IMG/VR virus record: IMGVR_UViG_3300028840_002358
Span: 1 to 54,657 of that record
Origin: a virus
Taxonomy: Duplodnaviria; Caudoviricetes
Direction: 5' to 3' (one strand)
Length of the DNA: 54,657 nucleotides
In this document: positions 36,805 to 46,301 of the stretch, one piece after another
Layout of the letters: each line of letters starts with the position of its first letter
Numbering within the stretch: position 1 is the stretch's first letter
The notes under the pieces: generated by a model
Told to the model about the DNA's origin: nothing
Seen by the model: only the letters and a program-made list of their open reading frames with translations
Databases searched by the model: none
Program-made: the position numbers and the translations under genes

Positions 36805-36811
36805 TTTTGCC

Positions 36812-37429
36812 TCAATTCACCATGATCTGGTATATTCGATCTGTGTTTACATCGCCGTGCCATAGCGTGCGTCCATCCCACGCCACAGAGAATGGCAACG
36901 TAGAAGGCGTAGGATTGAAGGTTCGGTTCACAGTGCCAGTCACAGGATCTATTTGGTAGAATACTCTAGTTGTGTTACTCGTAGTCCACAATGTACGCCC
37001 ATCCCAAGTTAAACCACGAGGATTGTTTGTCGGATATGCAAACGATCTTGTCAGGGAACCCGTGACTGGATCGATCTGATAAATGAGATTGAGAACTCTA
37101 GCGGTGTGCCATAATGTTCTGCCGTCCCACGCTAGATCGGATGGATCATTGGGAATGGCAAAACTATGGATAACCGCACCCGTATGCGGGTCAATTTGAT
37201 ATACACGATTGTTTGTATTTCCAGCTATCCATAGCGTATGTCCATCCCAGGTGATCCCAACTGTGCCTGTGTCTGGACTATTGAACGATCTAATGCTAAT
37301 GCCAGTTATAGGATCAACTTGATAAATGATGGTATTAGAAGTCATCCATAAAGAATGACCGTCCCACGTCATAGCAAATATATCCACTACTGGAGAAGGA
37401 AAGCTCCTGATCACTGTTCCAAGTGCCAT
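36812..37429 (-). CDS. Beta-propeller repeat protein (5 x WDGxTLW repeats)
   Basis: About 39-aa repeats SF..P.....WDGRTLW......YQIDP.TG; AT-richer than neighbours. Confidence 0.75.
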   Translation of the reverse strand: MALGTVIRSFPSPVVDIFAMTWDGHSLWMTSNTIIYQVDPITGISIRSFNSPDTGTVGITWDGHTLWIAGNTNNRVYQIDPHTGAVIHSFAIPNDPSDLAWDGRTLWHTARVLNLIYQIDPVTGSLTRSFAYPTNNPRGLTWDGRTLWTTSNTTRVFYQIDPVTGTVNRTFNPTPSTLPFSVAWDGRTLWHGDVNTDRIYQIMVN

Positions 37430-37438
37430 TATGCGCTC

Positions 37439-38011
37439 CTATGCGTGGGCTACGCCGAAATTGCCCCGGAAGGCCCGCGCCCGAATTCCGACGGTGAACG
37501 TCGCGCCGACGCCCGCGCCCGTCGTCACTGCCCGGAAGCGCACCAAGTCTTGGCCGCCACAAGGCAACAGGAACGAGTGTCGAATACCAGGGGCAGCAGT
37601 TGCCGTGTCCTCATAGTACAGGCTAGCCCAGTAGCCCTCAACGAAATCGAACCAGTTCGCCCCGTTGTTGTGGCTGAATTGTGGAATGATCCGCACATCC
37701 GTAGGCGCGCCCGCGCTCTCGACGTAGAGTTGAATCCACAGTGCGCTATACTCGCTCACGTCTAGACTGTCACTGTTCACCGCTGCCGGTGTGCCGTCGA
37801 TCACGACGTCGTTGAGAAGGACAGCCCAAGCGGATTGGGCAACAACTTGCACATCCTCTGCAAGCGGATTCGTCGGTGAAACGTCCGCACCATCCGTCTG
37901 CACGTTGCCCCCGTTGTACACCTCCAGCGCGTGATGATCCCCCATATCCTTGTACCGCGTGACCATCGTCGTGGGGATCGGCGCCCCTTGTGCTCGATCA
38001 ATGTCTGCCAT
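37439..38011 (-). CDS. Putative virion structural (jelly-roll-like) protein
   Basis: Beta-rich; QFSHNNGANWFD; located in the head module. Confidence 0.5.
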   Translation of the reverse strand: MADIDRAQGAPIPTTMVTRYKDMGDHHALEVYNGGNVQTDGADVSPTNPLAEDVQVVAQSAWAVLLNDVVIDGTPAAVNSDSLDVSEYSALWIQLYVESAGAPTDVRIIPQFSHNNGANWFDFVEGYWASLYYEDTATAAPGIRHSFLLPCGGQDLVRFRAVTTGAGVGATFTVGIRARAFRGNFGVAHA

Positions 38012-38024
38012 TTTCTTACCTCAC

Positions 38025-39155
38025 TTAGTAGTTCTCTCGTGCGAATTTGACCACACCGTCAATGATGCGCGTTTGATCCATCTCGCTTAGGTTCTGGTGC
38101 AACGGGATGCAAAGCGTGTGTTCTGCTGCCCATTCTGCGTTCGGCAAGCGGGCCTTGCACCCATAGAACGGGATCAGGTGCAGCGGGTAGTACCTGAATG
38201 TGCAATAGATACCCCGTGCACAGAGAAACGCCGCTAATTCGTCGCGCTTGTCCTCGACCTGAATCCAGTACATATAGTAACTCGACGTGCATCCCGGCAA
38301 GGGCTCGGGCGGGATCGTGATGCCGGGCAGATCGTACAAGCACGCTTGATACCGCCGCCAGACGCGCTTCCTCTTTGCTATGAATTGCGGCAATTGCCTG
38401 AGCTGCACGCGCCCGATGGCTGCCAGCACATCGTTGCTGATGTGCCGCCCCGCTGGTTGCTGTACGTCGAACTCCCACCAGCGCGCCGCGCCGCCTTGGG
38501 CTGCATCGGTCCCGCTGGCTCGCTTGCTGGGCATCCCAAAGTAGCGCCACTGTTCGGCCCGATCCGCCTGGTTGTCGTAGAGCATCCAGAGCGCCCCGCC
38601 GTCGCACATTACCAGTTCCTTCATCGCGTCGAAACTCCACACGCCCGCGTGACCGAGCGTGCCGCACGCCTTGCCGTGATAGATGCTTGCCACTGCGTTT
38701 GCTGCATCCTCCAGGATGGGCAGGCCGACGCCCCCGGCCTCCTGAATCTCATAGAACGGCGCTGGATGCCCGCCAAAGTGCAACAGGAACACCGCCGCCG
38801 TCTTGTGATTGTAGAGCCGCGTGATCTCTGACGGTAGAATGTCGAGCGTGTGCTTGTCCACGTCAGCGAACACCGGCCACGCGCCCACGCTCACAATCGC
38901 GTTCGCCACGCCGACGAACTGGATCGTCGGGACGATCACCTCGTCACCCGGCCCAATGCCCAGGGCGCGCAGCATTGCAAACGTTGCCGAGGTGCACGAG
39001 TTGAACAGCAATGATCGCTCTTGCCCCAGGTGGACGGCAAATTCGCGTTCAAACGCCGCGCACTCTTTGCCCCGGCCCAACCAGCGGCTCTTGAACACCC
39101 GCTCGACCGCTGCCAGTTCCTCACGCCCCAACGTGTTGCTGAAAATCGGTATCAT
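38025..39155 (-). CDS. DegT/DnrJ/EryC1/StrS-family PLP-dependent sugar aminotransferase
   Basis: NSCTSA, GPGDEVIVP, PVFADVD, EDAANA, SFDAMK..DGGAL, LCIPLH. Confidence 0.92.
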   Translation of the reverse strand: MIPIFSNTLGREELAAVERVFKSRWLGRGKECAAFEREFAVHLGQERSLLFNSCTSATFAMLRALGIGPGDEVIVPTIQFVGVANAIVSVGAWPVFADVDKHTLDILPSEITRLYNHKTAAVFLLHFGGHPAPFYEIQEAGGVGLPILEDAANAVASIYHGKACGTLGHAGVWSFDAMKELVMCDGGALWMLYDNQADRAEQWRYFGMPSKRASGTDAAQGGAARWWEFDVQQPAGRHISNDVLAAIGRVQLRQLPQFIAKRKRVWRRYQACLYDLPGITIPPEPLPGCTSSYYMYWIQVEDKRDELAAFLCARGIYCTFRYYPLHLIPFYGCKARLPNAEWAAEHTLCIPLHQNLSEMDQTRIIDGVVKFARENY

Positions 39156-39826
39156 CTTACCCCCTGAAAATGATTGAGTTTTGGCGTCACCCACTGCGCC
39201 GCCTGCTCGATATTACTCGGCGCGATGCCCGTGCCGATAAAAGCGAATTGCGCCAGTTCTCGGATCACAATCTCAGGCTCACGCACCAGCCGGTCATAGT
39301 CTACGATGTGCGTCGGCCCGTGCCAGATCTCGAGCTGCCGATCAAGGCCATCCCACCAAGTATCAATGATCTGCTCGGCGTTGCCCTTGCCGTGATAGGT
39401 TCTCTGTAAGTGCCGGGTGACGCTGGCTATACTCGCCTCTCTCGGTCGATCTGTGATGACCACTCGCACCTCGACGCCCTGCTGCTGCAAGATAGGCCAG
39501 ATGAACTGGGCGACGAAACACAACCACGGGTCTTTCATCCCCCATAGCGGCTTGCGTGCACATTCCTTTGCCAGCGCCCGGTAGAGCGCCTTTTGCTGCT
39601 TGCCGATGCGCTCGATCTCCGCCGCCTTGAGGTTGTAGCCTTTTCCCGTGAGCCTTTGCGTCGTCAATCGCCAGCGCATATCCTCAAAATAGCCGAGAGG
39701 ATTGGCCCAGTCGGCAGGCTGGAAGTGGCCCTTGCCCATATCCACGCCGAGTTTGTGGAGCACCCCAGCGGTGCAGCTCGATCCGCTTCTCGGTACGCCG
39801 AGGACCATCACGCAGACGCTAGACAT
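39152..39826 (-). CDS. Sulfotransferase-family protein
   Basis: VLGVPRSGSS PAPS-binding loop, NPLGYFED, WGMKDP, R...SIAS, YDRLVREP. Confidence 0.85.
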   Translation of the reverse strand: MSSVCVMVLGVPRSGSSCTAGVLHKLGVDMGKGHFQPADWANPLGYFEDMRWRLTTQRLTGKGYNLKAAEIERIGKQQKALYRALAKECARKPLWGMKDPWLCFVAQFIWPILQQQGVEVRVVITDRPREASIASVTRHLQRTYHGKGNAEQIIDTWWDGLDRQLEIWHGPTHIVDYDRLVREPEIVIRELAQFAFIGTGIAPSNIEQAAQWVTPKLNHFQGVR

Positions 39827-40583
39827 AGCCGTATAGCTCCATCGCCGGCCCCGCGATCCGCTTGACCGTTGCCTTTTCGCTGGCGTTCAACGTTGCCCCT
39901 TTCGCCTTGCCTGCCACGCGCTGATCGCGCAGCCGCCACCAGAATTCGGGCGCGAGGATCGGCGTCACACCCAGGGCGTCAAATAGACCTTCGATCCGCT
40001 CCGTGAATCGCTCCTTGCTCACGCGCCGGTCAAAGAGCAGTTCATAGCGTAAAACAGGGACGCCGATTTGAGTCAGGCCGTGATAGAACTGTGATTTGAG
40101 ACTCCACGCGATCGCGGCTTGCTCGATCATTGGCCTCTTGACGTAGCCGTCGCCTATATCCCACAGCGCCTTGACGTTCGGATAGGCCCACCACTTCCAG
40201 CCCCAACCCCTCGCCTTGAGACTGGCAGCGTAGGCGTAGGGCGAGCGAGCGATCAGCACTCCCCGCGCAGGTTGCGCCAGCAAGCCGCCGGGGATCACGG
40301 TCATTGCATCTTGGACGCCATAGGTCAGGGCGACGTGTTCAAGCAAGGCTGGATTGCACTCGACATAGGTCTCTGCGCCTTGTCGAGAAACCATCAGATT
40401 GAGCAGGTAGTTTGTAAAGAACGCTGCCCTAGTCTTGCGGCCCGCCGTCCTGGTGCGCTTGGGGAAATTGTCATGGAACGTGGCGACTTTGGACTGATCC
40501 GTCGCCTTGTCGAGCAGCAACTTGACCCAATGCGTCGCCGTTCGTCCTGTGCCCGCCAGGTATGAGAACTGCTTATTGAGCAT
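39819..40583 (-). CDS. Sulfotransferase-like P-loop protein
   Basis: GTGRTATHW, RSP....S, LRYELLF, MELYGY. Confidence 0.65.
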   Translation of the reverse strand: MLNKQFSYLAGTGRTATHWVKLLLDKATDQSKVATFHDNFPKRTRTAGRKTRAAFFTNYLLNLMVSRQGAETYVECNPALLEHVALTYGVQDAMTVIPGGLLAQPARGVLIARSPYAYAASLKARGWGWKWWAYPNVKALWDIGDGYVKRPMIEQAAIAWSLKSQFYHGLTQIGVPVLRYELLFDRRVSKERFTERIEGLFDALGVTPILAPEFWWRLRDQRVAGKAKGATLNASEKATVKRIAGPAMELYGYV

Positions 40584-40890
40584 CGCCCTGCCTCTCTGGA
40601 TCGTGACTCGGCGCTTTGCCCCGTTCCGTGCACGCCTGATCGTAGCCCAGCATAAAGGCCACGGCCAGACCGTTGAGCAGCTTATCAAAGAGCACCTTTG
40701 CTGCCTTGCGCGCCTGTCGCTTGCTGGGCATTCCATTCAGGCCATCATTCAGCGCCAGGGCAAGCGCCGCCTTGGCCATCGTATACGCCTCTGTGCTGGT
40801 GATGCTATCGATCTGCTCAGTCCCATAGCGCGCCATCAGATCATCGACGGCCTTTGGAACATCCACCGTTTTCTGTAGCCAGTTATCCAT
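40573..40890 (-). CDS. Hypothetical protein
   Basis: Coupled ORF within the cluster. Confidence 0.5.
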   Translation of the reverse strand: MDNWLQKTVDVPKAVDDLMARYGTEQIDSITSTEAYTMAKAALALALNDGLNGMPSKRQARKAAKVLFDKLLNGLAVAFMLGYDQACTERGKAPSHDPERQGDAQ

Positions 40891-41530
40891 CGCCTGTACC
40901 CCCTTTCGGCTTGTGGACCCACTTCTTACGGTATCGCCGCTTGTCGTGCTTGGCCCACTGGTTCCTGAGCTGCCCATTTTCGTTATGGTTGCCCCTCAAG
41001 TGCTGGATGTAGACGCCCTTGACCCAGATCTGTTTCCAACCCTTGCGCATTGCCCGCTGTACCCAGTCCGATTCATCGCCGTAATGGATGAATCCCTCAT
41101 CAAAGAGCCCTACATCGCGCAATGCCTCGGCGCGCACTGCTGCCACGAACCAAGCCAACGGCCCCTTGACGACGTGCACCTCGAACGGGTCGCCCGGCTT
41201 GCCGCTCTTTTGTGGCGTCGTCGAGCACTCGCCAGATGGGCAGGCCATCCCATAGCGGTTGTTCATTCGTAGGCCCTGGATCAGCAGCTTCAACCAATCA
41301 CGTTGAGACGGGATCGTGTCATCGTTCAGGTAGCAGATGAATGGCGTTTCAAGATGGAGCGCGGCCTTGAACAGGGCGTTGTTGAGCTTGACGGCTCCGC
41401 GCATCTTGTAATCGACCAGGAGCAGGCCGTCGGTATCGATGCCAGCGGTCGAGCGTGCGAGGCGCATCGTCTGCGCGCCCCGATCAAGATCAAGCGTTGG
41501 CATCACGATAGTGCAGATTGGATCGGCCAT
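40883..41530 (-). CDS. Glycosyltransferase family 2
   Basis: IVMPT, YLNDDT, VGLFDEGFIHYGDESDW..R....GW. Confidence 0.85.
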   Translation of the reverse strand: MADPICTIVMPTLDLDRGAQTMRLARSTAGIDTDGLLLVDYKMRGAVKLNNALFKAALHLETPFICYLNDDTIPSQRDWLKLLIQGLRMNNRYGMACPSGECSTTPQKSGKPGDPFEVHVVKGPLAWFVAAVRAEALRDVGLFDEGFIHYGDESDWVQRAMRKGWKQIWVKGVYIQHLRGNHNENGQLRNQWAKHDKRRYRKKWVHKPKGGTGDG

Positions 41531-42315
41531 TAGCGCGGCCACCTCACAGGAGGACGATCAGCGACAACGGTTGCAATCTCGCCAATGCTGGGGCAGCTTC
41601 CCCCCAGTGCGCACGTCGGGCAAGGCGTTGCCGTCGGCTGTGGCGTGTACGTCGGATAGGGCGTATAGGTCGGCAGCGGTGCGGGCGTCTCTGTCCCCCC
41701 TGGGCTGTCTACGTGCCGGATCGTGCAGTTGTCCCAGTAGGAAGCGTTGTTCTTGGTCGCGTAGCTGTTGTTCGCCCCGGCTGCAACGGTGATCCGGTCG
41801 CCCCACGCTTGGGCCACGACAGATACCCGCGTCCACTGCCGGTAGGGCTTGACGTACCCCTGCCCCCATATCATCGTCCGATGGAAGGGATCGCCGCCCC
41901 AGGGGTTGATCCCGACAAAGACCTCCATTCGCCCGTCCGGTTCGCTGATGTTGTAGACGGCGCAAGAGAACTCGTACCACTCGCCTTGCTGCACGTCCAC
42001 GCGCTGAAAGATCGTCCCAAACTGGCGCGCAAAGGTCGTGAACCATCGCTGGCTCTTGCCTTGCTGGGCGATCTCTGTCTCGGGTTGGTATTCAGGCCGA
42101 TAGCAGGGAGCTCGACACTGACGATCGTCGCCCTCCAACCAAGCGGGATCCCACCCCTCGGCCACCACGACCTCGCCCGCGCCCCTTGGTGTAAACTCAC
42201 CCTCAAAGTTGCCGTTGACCAGCACGGGCGCTTGTGCGTGTCCCTGAACAGCCAAAAGCAAGATCAGGAGACCCAGGGCCAGCACTACGGCGGCCTTTTT
42301 CTCGAATTTAGTCAC
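41530..42315 (-). CDS. Secreted carbohydrate-binding-like protein with Pro/Thr-rich tail
   Basis: Signal peptide (..GHA/QA), LVNGNFEG, YWDN, PTYTPYPTYTPQPTATP. Confidence 0.75.
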   Translation of the reverse strand: MTKFEKKAAVVLALGLLILLLAVQGHAQAPVLVNGNFEGEFTPRGAGEVVVAEGWDPAWLEGDDRQCRAPCYRPEYQPETEIAQQGKSQRWFTTFARQFGTIFQRVDVQQGEWYEFSCAVYNISEPDGRMEVFVGINPWGGDPFHRTMIWGQGYVKPYRQWTRVSVVAQAWGDRITVAAGANNSYATKNNASYWDNCTIRHVDSPGGTETPAPLPTYTPYPTYTPQPTATPCPTCALGGSCPSIGEIATVVADRPPVRWPR

Positions 42316-43003
42316 GGTGTTCTCTCCAAAGGCCCTCTAGCTCACCGGTCGCACAGGGCCACATCAGGATCATTTTGCTGTCATCCTCTCCAGGCCCTAA
42401 CTCTGTCACCCACCAGCCTTCCCCTTTCAGCCGTTCGATCTGCGCATCAGTCACGGTCAGGATCGTATACCGCGCTCGATACCTGAACCATTCATCAGCA
42501 GCCTCGACAATCCATCGCTCACCGTCGGCTAGGTCTGCGCTCTCCCAGCCCCTGTAGGTGTTGAACATCACGGCGACGTCGAAGAGTACATCGCCGCCGT
42601 CCCTGAAAAGCCGCTGGATCGGGATGCGGAACAGCCGCACGCCCTGATCCTGGACGACGAAATGGGCCTGTAGCCGGTCCTTGTTCAGATCGACGCCCAG
42701 CGCCTGGCACATCGGGAACCGCCGCTTGACGTGCCAGGGGATCAGCGCATCTCCACAGCAGATGTCCACGAACGAGAACCGCTCCGGGATCAACCGATTG
42801 TAGAGCAGATCGTCAATGGCGCGCAGCACCTTGGCCGGGCGAGAACGGTGATCGTCGGCGTTCCAATCCGAGACGCCTACCCGCTGCCACATCTCGGCCT
42901 GGAGGTTGCTGATCGGCGTCCTGGGCCACAGGTAAAGCTCTTGCGTGTGATTCTGTTCGGCCTCGCGTTCAAGGCGCGCCAGATATTCGATGGCGTCATT
43001 CAC
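42308..43003 (-). CDS. Class I SAM-dependent methyltransferase
   Basis: FVDICCGDA...GVDL...FDVAVM. Confidence 0.7.
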   Translation of the reverse strand: MNDAIEYLARLEREAEQNHTQELYLWPRTPISNLQAEMWQRVGVSDWNADDHRSRPAKVLRAIDDLLYNRLIPERFSFVDICCGDALIPWHVKRRFPMCQALGVDLNKDRLQAHFVVQDQGVRLFRIPIQRLFRDGGDVLFDVAVMFNTYRGWESADLADGERWIVEAADEWFRYRARYTILTVTDAQIERLKGEGWWVTELGPGEDDSKMILMWPCATGELEGLWREHRD

Positions 43004-43766
43004 CGGTTAGGTTTCTCCTCAGAATCTCCCTGGTCGCCCGTTTCTTCCAGAAGGACCGAGTTAGCGCGGCGCTTTTGCTGACCGGCCCCCCGTAACGCTC
43101 GTGAACGTACCCATCAAAGACGCTCCCCAAGTCGAGCACCGCCGCCGTTTCCCCCCGCTCTTTCCAGAGCATCCAGGTGATGACCGGCGCGGCTGGCCCT
43201 GCGTGCACCGTGTACAGCGCGTTCTCTGGATAGGCCAGCGCCTCGGCAACGATGCGCTCGCGGGCGAAAAAGGCACGATGGTATGGAACCTCGACGTGTG
43301 CGTGATAGTCGAACAAGCCGACCTGATCGATGTGCCGAAGGTGGGGAGGGCCTACCACGATCACGGGTCGTCGTTGATTCCGCATTGCAGTGTAGAAAGG
43401 ATGCGCATAGCCTCGCACATTTGCGAAATGAATAGCTAAGGCATTGTACCACGTCACGCCGGGAAACAGGCGGTCGCAGTGGTCACGCGCCAAGCGCTCT
43501 TTGGGACGGCAGTTCCCGTCCATCCACAGAGAGCGGTAATAGTTGCCATCGTTCGGCGGCTGCTTGATCGACTTTCTCAAAAGCTGTCTCATCTCTTTGA
43601 TCCTGAGACTGTGCCCATCCCCGTTCTTCGTGCGCCCGCCGCCGTGTTTGCGGTTGGTCCAGATCATCCCGTTCAACTCGCCGTCGCCAATTCGCACGAG
43701 TGTGAAGGGCTCCTCTCGCTCGATTTTCTTGACCCACCAGGCATAGGGGTTGCAGCAGGTTTTCAT
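42996..43766 (-). CDS. GT-D fold (DUF1792-like) glycosyltransferase
   Basis: FTLVRIGDGE; AGPAA; LDLGSVFD. Confidence 0.75.
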   Translation of the reverse strand: MKTCCNPYAWWVKKIEREEPFTLVRIGDGELNGMIWTNRKHGGGRTKNGDGHSLRIKEMRQLLRKSIKQPPNDGNYYRSLWMDGNCRPKERLARDHCDRLFPGVTWYNALAIHFANVRGYAHPFYTAMRNQRRPVIVVGPPHLRHIDQVGLFDYHAHVEVPYHRAFFARERIVAEALAYPENALYTVHAGPAAPVITWMLWKERGETAAVLDLGSVFDGYVHERYGGPVSKSAALTRSFWKKRATREILRRNLTGE

Positions 43767-44467
43767 TCGTTGCGTTCCTTGATCAACTGCACAAACGGAT
43801 CGCCCTCTGGCATCAAACTCAGGTTGGGAAGTACACAATGCCCGCCGATCTTCCCTGACATTGGCACAAGCTGAGGGCGCGTGAACTCTGGTCGGCCCAG
43901 CGCTGCATAGCCCTGGTTGTATGCCTGCGTCCAGAGCGTCCACGCCTCGAAAGGCACGTCTGCCCAGTCGCACAACTCCTTGACGTGTTTCGTCCACTCG
44001 ATGCACAGACCATAGAATGTCGTTGAAAGCAATTTGATCAGTTCGGTCGTCTCAGCTTGCTCAGTGATGTAGCAGCGAATCCCGGTCCGGCCTAGATGTC
44101 GCGCGGCTTCCGATGCGCCCTCGCCCCCGACGAACTTGGTGAATGTCGTCAGACTTTGCTCCAAATCCGGATGGATGCCGATTACGGGGCTGTGGCAGGC
44201 GCTCAGGGTCCGGCTCGTGCCGACCGGGACCGTTGAATGGATCACGGTCACACGGGGCCGATAGCGCACCTGGTAGGCCAATACTGCTCGCTTGAACTCT
44301 GGCGAGTAGGGGATACAGATGTGCAGGAAATCGAACCCGCCCGCCGCTGCTTTCTCTGGTAGCGACTTACGCTCGTCCACTGCCCACACGCTATGCGCAT
44401 TCAACAGCACCTTGTACAGCGCCCTGCCGACCTCTCCGAGTCCTACGACCAGCGCCTTATTGTCCAT
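43763..44467 (-). CDS. UDP-glucose/GDP-mannose dehydrogenase-like protein (lacks the C-terminal domain)
   Basis: GLGEVG, IHSTVPVGT, ELIKL, GGHCV. Confidence 0.8.
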   Translation of the reverse strand: MDNKALVVGLGEVGRALYKVLLNAHSVWAVDERKSLPEKAAAGGFDFLHICIPYSPEFKRAVLAYQVRYRPRVTVIHSTVPVGTSRTLSACHSPVIGIHPDLEQSLTTFTKFVGGEGASEAARHLGRTGIRCYITEQAETTELIKLLSTTFYGLCIEWTKHVKELCDWADVPFEAWTLWTQAYNQGYAALGRPEFTRPQLVPMSGKIGGHCVLPNLSLMPEGDPFVQLIKERNE

Positions 44468-45182
44468 CTGTTACCCTCGTCAGGTTTGCCTTGATGATTG
44501 CCGGGTTTTTGAGCATCCCCTTGTGATAGGTGCGCGTGCGCCGCCCCACATAGGGATCCCACAACGAACCCGTATCGAGTATGAATGAATGCTGTCCGAC
44601 TCGCTGGAACAGGGACCAGGCGAATACTTTCGCCGCCGGGCCAGCCGTGATCAGGTAGCACGCGGGCGCTCGATCTGCCAGCGCCTCGCTCAAGATGCGC
44701 TCTCGCATTGCCCAGCAGTTCTTGCCCGGTATGACAATGTGCTGCCCGATGGGGAACACACGCCCGTTGAGCCCTGCCAACCGCTCAGGGCCGATCAACT
44801 TGATAGGCACGTCTAGGTTGCGCAGCGCCTCGATAAGCGGGTAAAGCCTACCTTTCTTGCTTGCTTTATAAAATACTGTCGAATCGTGAAACCGCATATA
44901 CTCGGGCGTGTTCTCTTCCAGCCACGCTGTAATGTTGGCCCGGTAGGACGTGCGGCGCAAGGCCAGGATGTAGCGCGGATCGTCGGGCGCTCGTGCAATG
45001 ACCTTGATCATCCCGTTTCTGAGTGACTCGTGATGGAGCGTCTGCGAGCGCGACGACGTGATCCCTCTGTCACCTTTTATAGCACTCCATTCTCCGTCTC
45101 CAAGGCGAATTAGACAGAAGGGATCGCAACTGCTGAGCTTATCCACGTAGTATTGTAGCCCTGGGTTGAATGGGTCAATCAT
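44457..45182 (-). CDS. GT-D fold (DUF1792-like) glycosyltransferase, paralogue of 42996-43766
   Basis: FCLIRLGDGE; AGPAAK; LDTGSLWDP. Confidence 0.75.
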   Translation of the reverse strand: MIDPFNPGLQYYVDKLSSCDPFCLIRLGDGEWSAIKGDRGITSSRSQTLHHESLRNGMIKVIARAPDDPRYILALRRTSYRANITAWLEENTPEYMRFHDSTVFYKASKKGRLYPLIEALRNLDVPIKLIGPERLAGLNGRVFPIGQHIVIPGKNCWAMRERILSEALADRAPACYLITAGPAAKVFAWSLFQRVGQHSFILDTGSLWDPYVGRRTRTYHKGMLKNPAIIKANLTRVTDGQ

Positions 45183-45183
45183 A

Positions 45184-45900
45184 TCACGCCTTGTGCTTGA
45201 CATAGTAGAAATCTTTGTGCGTGTTCCGCACCCAACAGCGCCCCGGTATCTCGTGCCACTTGACGCCCGCCTGCCAACACACGAACGGCAAGGAGACTTG
45301 ATCCCGCACGCTGTACCGCTCCAACTCTGCCCACCACGCCTCATTGAGCGCCCGGATCGACTCCGTGTTGCGCCGGATGACGCATCGCGTCTCAGGCAGT
45401 CCCCACTTGTGCGGCATCCCCTCTTGCAGATAGCGCATCGCCTGTCGCTTGAGCGTCTTGGGATCGTCCTTGTGTTTCTGCGCACAGAACTCGGCTTCGA
45501 CGTACAGGCAATCCCGGTCGGGATGACGAAAGATCGCCAAGTCCGCATCGCCTAGATACCGCTCTACGATCTCCCTCGGATCGGCCAAGAGCCTCACGTT
45601 GCCATCCACCCAGATCCACACATCGGCGTCAATGTAGCGATGGGGCATTGCCTTGTAATGCCGCGCCCAGCGCCGCAAGCCCTGCTTTGGTTCGACAAGT
45701 TGCTGCTCCCAGGTCGGGATCACCGCAAGCCCTGTCGTGCCTTTGCGGATCGTCGGCTTGTCCTCGTCTGTCCACAAGCCCACCTCTCGGCGTGGACGGT
45801 CGGTGAAACAGATGTGATCCGCGCCTCGCGAGGCCAGCGGGTAGACCGACCACAGCCGGTCAATGTCGCCAAAGATCGCGGTGTAGACGGCGATCCTCAC
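45184..45900 (-). CDS. DUF616 (TOD1/MUCI70-like) glycosyltransferase
   Basis: VYTAIFGD.D, ICFTD, K..PHRY, IWVDGN, HPDRDCLY.EA, RDQVSLPFV. Confidence 0.82.
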   Translation of the reverse strand: MRIAVYTAIFGDIDRLWSVYPLASRGADHICFTDRPRREVGLWTDEDKPTIRKGTTGLAVIPTWEQQLVEPKQGLRRWARHYKAMPHRYIDADVWIWVDGNVRLLADPREIVERYLGDADLAIFRHPDRDCLYVEAEFCAQKHKDDPKTLKRQAMRYLQEGMPHKWGLPETRCVIRRNTESIRALNEAWWAELERYSVRDQVSLPFVCWQAGVKWHEIPGRCWVRNTHKDFYYVKHKA

Positions 45901-46301
45901 GCTATTACTCTCTCAAAAGAGAATCCACACTCTGGAAATCGTTCGAGATTACCAGGATGAATAGGCCAAAACTCGCAAATAACGGGCCAGTCTAATGTCT
46001 CCCAGCAAGTGCACTTATTGTCAACAAACGCACTACAGGGCTCAAATCGCGGCTCGTCCGTAACCTCTATCTTCATCCACAACCAGATACCTCGTGCGCG
46101 AAAGACGGAGAATCCTTCCCAATCAGACAAATCACCAAGATCGGATAGCTCTGGCGAGCCACTAGATTCATCATCACCACTCACAACTTGAATCTGTGCT
46201 CTGATTTGAGTTGCGCAGCAACACTTCCCGCACAGCCTACAAGAACCTGTACGCCGATAAAGCGAAAGAGTATTATCCTCGACGATCCATAGATCGGTCA
46301 C
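45897..46301 (-). CDS. YkgJ-family cysteine-cluster (CxxCxxCC) protein
   Basis: CRLCGKCC...C..F..NKC.....P.IC..WP; AT-rich. Confidence 0.7.
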   Translation of the reverse strand: MTDLWIVEDNTLSLYRRTGSCRLCGKCCCATQIRAQIQVVSGDDESSGSPELSDLGDLSDWEGFSVFRARGIWLWMKIEVTDEPRFEPCSAFVDNKCTCWETLDWPVICEFWPIHPGNLERFPECGFSFERVIA

